Of a stretch of DNA of 64,000 nt, positions 61,173-64,000 are shown piece by piece. The translations under genes were made by a program, and so were the position numbers. The stretch lies in contig CP089275.1 of NCBI GenBank assembly GCA_023920165.1, positions 2,604,001 to 2,668,000 of the forward strand, given 5' to 3'. Positions within the stretch are counted from its first letter, which is position 1. Each line of letters starts with the position of its first letter. Source of the DNA: Curvularia clavata (lineage: Eukaryota). Below the pieces are notes generated by a model. The model searched no databases. It saw only the letters and a program-made list of their open reading frames with translations, and was not told where the DNA came from.

Positions 61173-62668
61173 CTATTCATCTTGCTTGATCTCAAGCTTG
61201 CTCTTCTTGGGGCTGCCACTCTGATCGTCAACGGCCTTGCGCTTGTTAGAGGCGGCAGCGACCTCAGCCTCAGTGCGAGAGTCCTTGACAACAGGAACGC
61301 CATGAGCGTCACGCTCAATCTCCTTCTTCTCTTCCTTGTGGCTGGCACGGTCGTCCTTGCCGTTGTTGAAACGATCGCGACGCTTGTTCCAATCGCCGCT
61401 GTCGACAGAGCCGTTGGAGGCGCTGCGGTCGCGACGCCTACGAGGAGAGCGATCGCGGCGGTTGTTATGGCCACCGCGGCCACCACGTCCTCCGCGATTG
61501 GATCCGCGACCTCCACGACCTCCGCCACGACGGTCGTTGCCGCGGCCACGGCTGAAGTCACCGTTAGCTTCACGCCTCTCCTTGCGCTTCTCGTACTTTT
61601 CCGCTTCGGTCAACTCCCAGTCTGGCTTAATGCCCTTCTCATTGCACTTCATGATGATATACTCCTTCTTACCCATGGTGACGAGCTCATTACCATTGAA
61701 CGTGGGCTTGGGGTCGAGGGCGAGGAACTGCTTCTGAGAATCCTCAGAGTCAAACTCAACAAAGACGCTACCCTTCCAGGCGCCTTCGTCATCACGACGC
61801 TTGCGGACCATGACGGAGCCATAGGGACGGAAAAACTGCTCGAGCGCAATCTGACCAGCCTCATCGAGATTGCCAAAGTTCTTCACATAAGCGCTCTTCT
61901 CCATTGTGTTAGACGAGCTGTTCTTAAGGCGATAGAAGAGTTCTTCAATGGTAGGAGGCTTCTTGTCGTCACCTTCCTTAGCGGGGATGACAAGTGGCTC
62001 TTTGCGCTTGACGGCCTCGCTGCCGGGCTTGCTGTACTCGCCATCGTCGACGAGGACGAGGTCATTGCTGTGACGAACGGCCTCTACAACGGCAGAGTAG
62101 GGCTTGAAGCGGCGCATGCGCTTGAAAGTGCAGATGTGATGGATTGAGACGGGCTTGTTCTTGGGGCCCTCGAGCTCCTTGAACATGTGCTCATCGGTCG
62201 CCAGATTTTGTGCGGAGAAGTAGAACTCCATCTTGGTATGGTTAATAAGCGATACTAAGCATGGGAGGACAAGAGTCATACTTGAGCTCGGATCTCGTTT
62301 GGATCATCGGTCTCTGGGAGGTCTTCAAACTCGCGATTTGGCCTGGACAAAAGAAATGAGTCAGCCTATACAGCGAATAGAAAGCGAATGGACTGTTAAC
62401 CGCACCTCTTCTTGCGATTGTCACGAAAGTTGCCCCGGCCGCTGCGACCACCATGGTTGTCGCGACCAGCGCGACCGTTGCGGTCTTCGCGCTGAGCGCT
62501 CTTGTCGTTCGACTTTTTGTTGAGCTCCCACTTCTCCTCTCCGTCGGCGGCATTGGACTCGGCCTTGGGGTCAGCCTTGGAGCCAGACTCGACTTGAGCC
62601 GAGTTGTCAGCCTGGGAGGCTTCGGTGGGGTTGGAGGCTGCCGCAGCAGCGTTTTCGGTGTCGGCCAT
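61173..62668 (-). CDS. LHP1: La autoantigen homologue (La motif, RRM and RGG tail)
   Basis: EIRAQ|MEFYFSAQNLATDEHM, ICTFKRMRRF, RNP1-like WKGSVFVEF and RGG repeats. Two introns between 62232 and 62405. Confidence 0.9.
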
Positions 62669-62959
62669 TTTTAGAATTGGTACGGCGTGAGTCGCGTACT
62701 TGAGAAGAAGCGGGCAAAGTCGGGTTCGTATAGGTAGAAACAGGAGTGGGAGTGGGTGAGGAGAAAAAGCGGCAGAAGAGAGGAAGAGCTATGGTTCTGC
62801 TAGTGGGGAAATTTCAATACAAGGGTCCATAGCCGCCAAGCCTCAGTCACTGCGGAATTGTTGCTCGCCGCCTGGCTCTGCACAATTGGGACCAGCCGTG
62901 ACGACAACAACGACGACGACGACAATAGCAACCCAATTGGCCTACTCCTTGCTCCCATT

Positions 62960-64000
62960 ATGCCGCGGAAGAAGCCGAGATTCCATTCGCTCAAGAAGCT
63001 GGTGTGCATGCCCTTTCCTTGCTTCGGGAGGATCGCTAAACTGACTTGCTGCAGAATGTTCGCCAGAACTGGTCGCGCTGGTCTCTATACGCTCTTTCAC
63101 AGCTCAAGGCGCCTAATGTAACAACCCGCACGTATTTTCAACAAAAATGGACGGCCAAGGCTGCGACAAGAGCATACCATGGCGAGCACATCCGGGAGAA
63201 GAAGTGGAAGCACATGTTTAAGAGAAATCTGCCCGCCGTAGTGCCCATGGATCACAGATACCTTGCCCGACACGATGGATCAGAGCAGGCTGCCGGACGA
63301 GGTATGGGAGCAGATACACCAGACAAGGCGCGGACGCCGCCCATGACGCCATACATGCAGATGGCCTACTATCCGTTGGAGCGGCGACTGGACACGGCCA
63401 TATTCAGGGCTCTTTTTGCAAGTAGTGTGCGGCAAGCTCGACAGTTTGTTGTCCACGGCCTGGTCAAGGTCAACGGAAAGAAGGTACGTTATGCAGGCAT
63501 TGATTTACTCCCTACCCACTCTAACATGTCTCTCAGATGGTCTACCCAGGCTACGCACTCAATCCGGGCGACATGTTCCAAGTCGAGCCGTCATCCGTCA
63601 TGTTCGCAACTGGAGCTCCCAAAACCAGATCATCGACCGCCCGCCGTGTGACTAAAGAGAAGGCTGCTGCCCGTGCCCAAGAACGCGAGCAAAGTGGGGG
63701 TCAAACCCCTCAACAATCAAAAGACACCGATGTAGTCGTGTCGCAGTCCTCGCGCGAGGAACCCACTCCTGCCGAACTCAAGAAGCAGCTGCAAGAGCTG
63801 ATGGAGCAAGTCGACGGCGTGCTGGCCGAAGACGTCAAGGCCAAGGACAAACAAAAGTTTCGCGCGCTTCGTTCCAGCATAAGGAAAGCAATCAGTCTAT
63901 GGCGCTCTGCCAACCCCGAGACCATCTCGACGCTGGACGCCCAATTCGACTTCCTTAAGACGCAAATTGCCGAGCGCGCCGCCGCCTCGTCTCCGACGTC
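62960..64000 (+). CDS. NAM9: Mitochondrial small-subunit ribosomal protein uS4m, 3' end outside window
   Basis: [27 protein letters not shown] and S4 domain [47 protein letters not shown]. Introns ~63002-63055 and ~63484-63537. Confidence 0.92.

Noticed and set aside
61140..62147. 335-aa plus-strand ORF (and similar long antisense ORFs at 5535, 8451, 28651 and 56996)
   Set aside because: Antisense shadows of strongly codon-biased real genes.
1..64000. Intact transposons, tRNA/rRNA genes, CRISPR arrays, PKS/NRPS cluster
   Set aside because: No transposase, RT or integrase motifs, LTRs/TIRs, cloverleafs, repeat-spacer arrays or backbone synthases were seen by eye.

Overview
Gene-dense eukaryotic DNA from a filamentous ascomycete. 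It has short GT-AG introns with CTRAY branch sites, and the same-direction niaD-niiA pair suggests a Pleosporales-type Dothideomycete (inference). Left to right: an M28 peptidase (runs off the left edge), the SNARE BOS1, nitrite reductase niiA and nitrate reductase niaD with NirA/GATA motifs, an IRC3-like helicase, an Rrn5-like SANT protein with an internal Zn2Cys6 cluster, two tiny secreted-peptide genes, O-GlcNAc transferase, SEC62, a coiled-coil protein, a PH-domain protein, MutY, an Amt/Mep transporter, an SDR, a CE5 esterase, a DJ-1/Hsp31 glyoxalase and a second SDR. An accessory, decaying tract (~47-57.9 kb) follows, with three pseudogenes, a GPI wall protein and a secreted effector-like protein. 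The window ends with an M6 metalloprotease, La protein and NAM9 (runs off the right edge). The most unusual observations are two long, strongly self-complementary introns in MutY that share a helix motif, the Rrn5-Zn2Cys6 architecture, the pair of peptide-precursor-like genes (one absent from the ORF track) and a decayed GIY-YIG-like/C2H2 gene. All family assignments come from motif recognition by eye; no searches were run.
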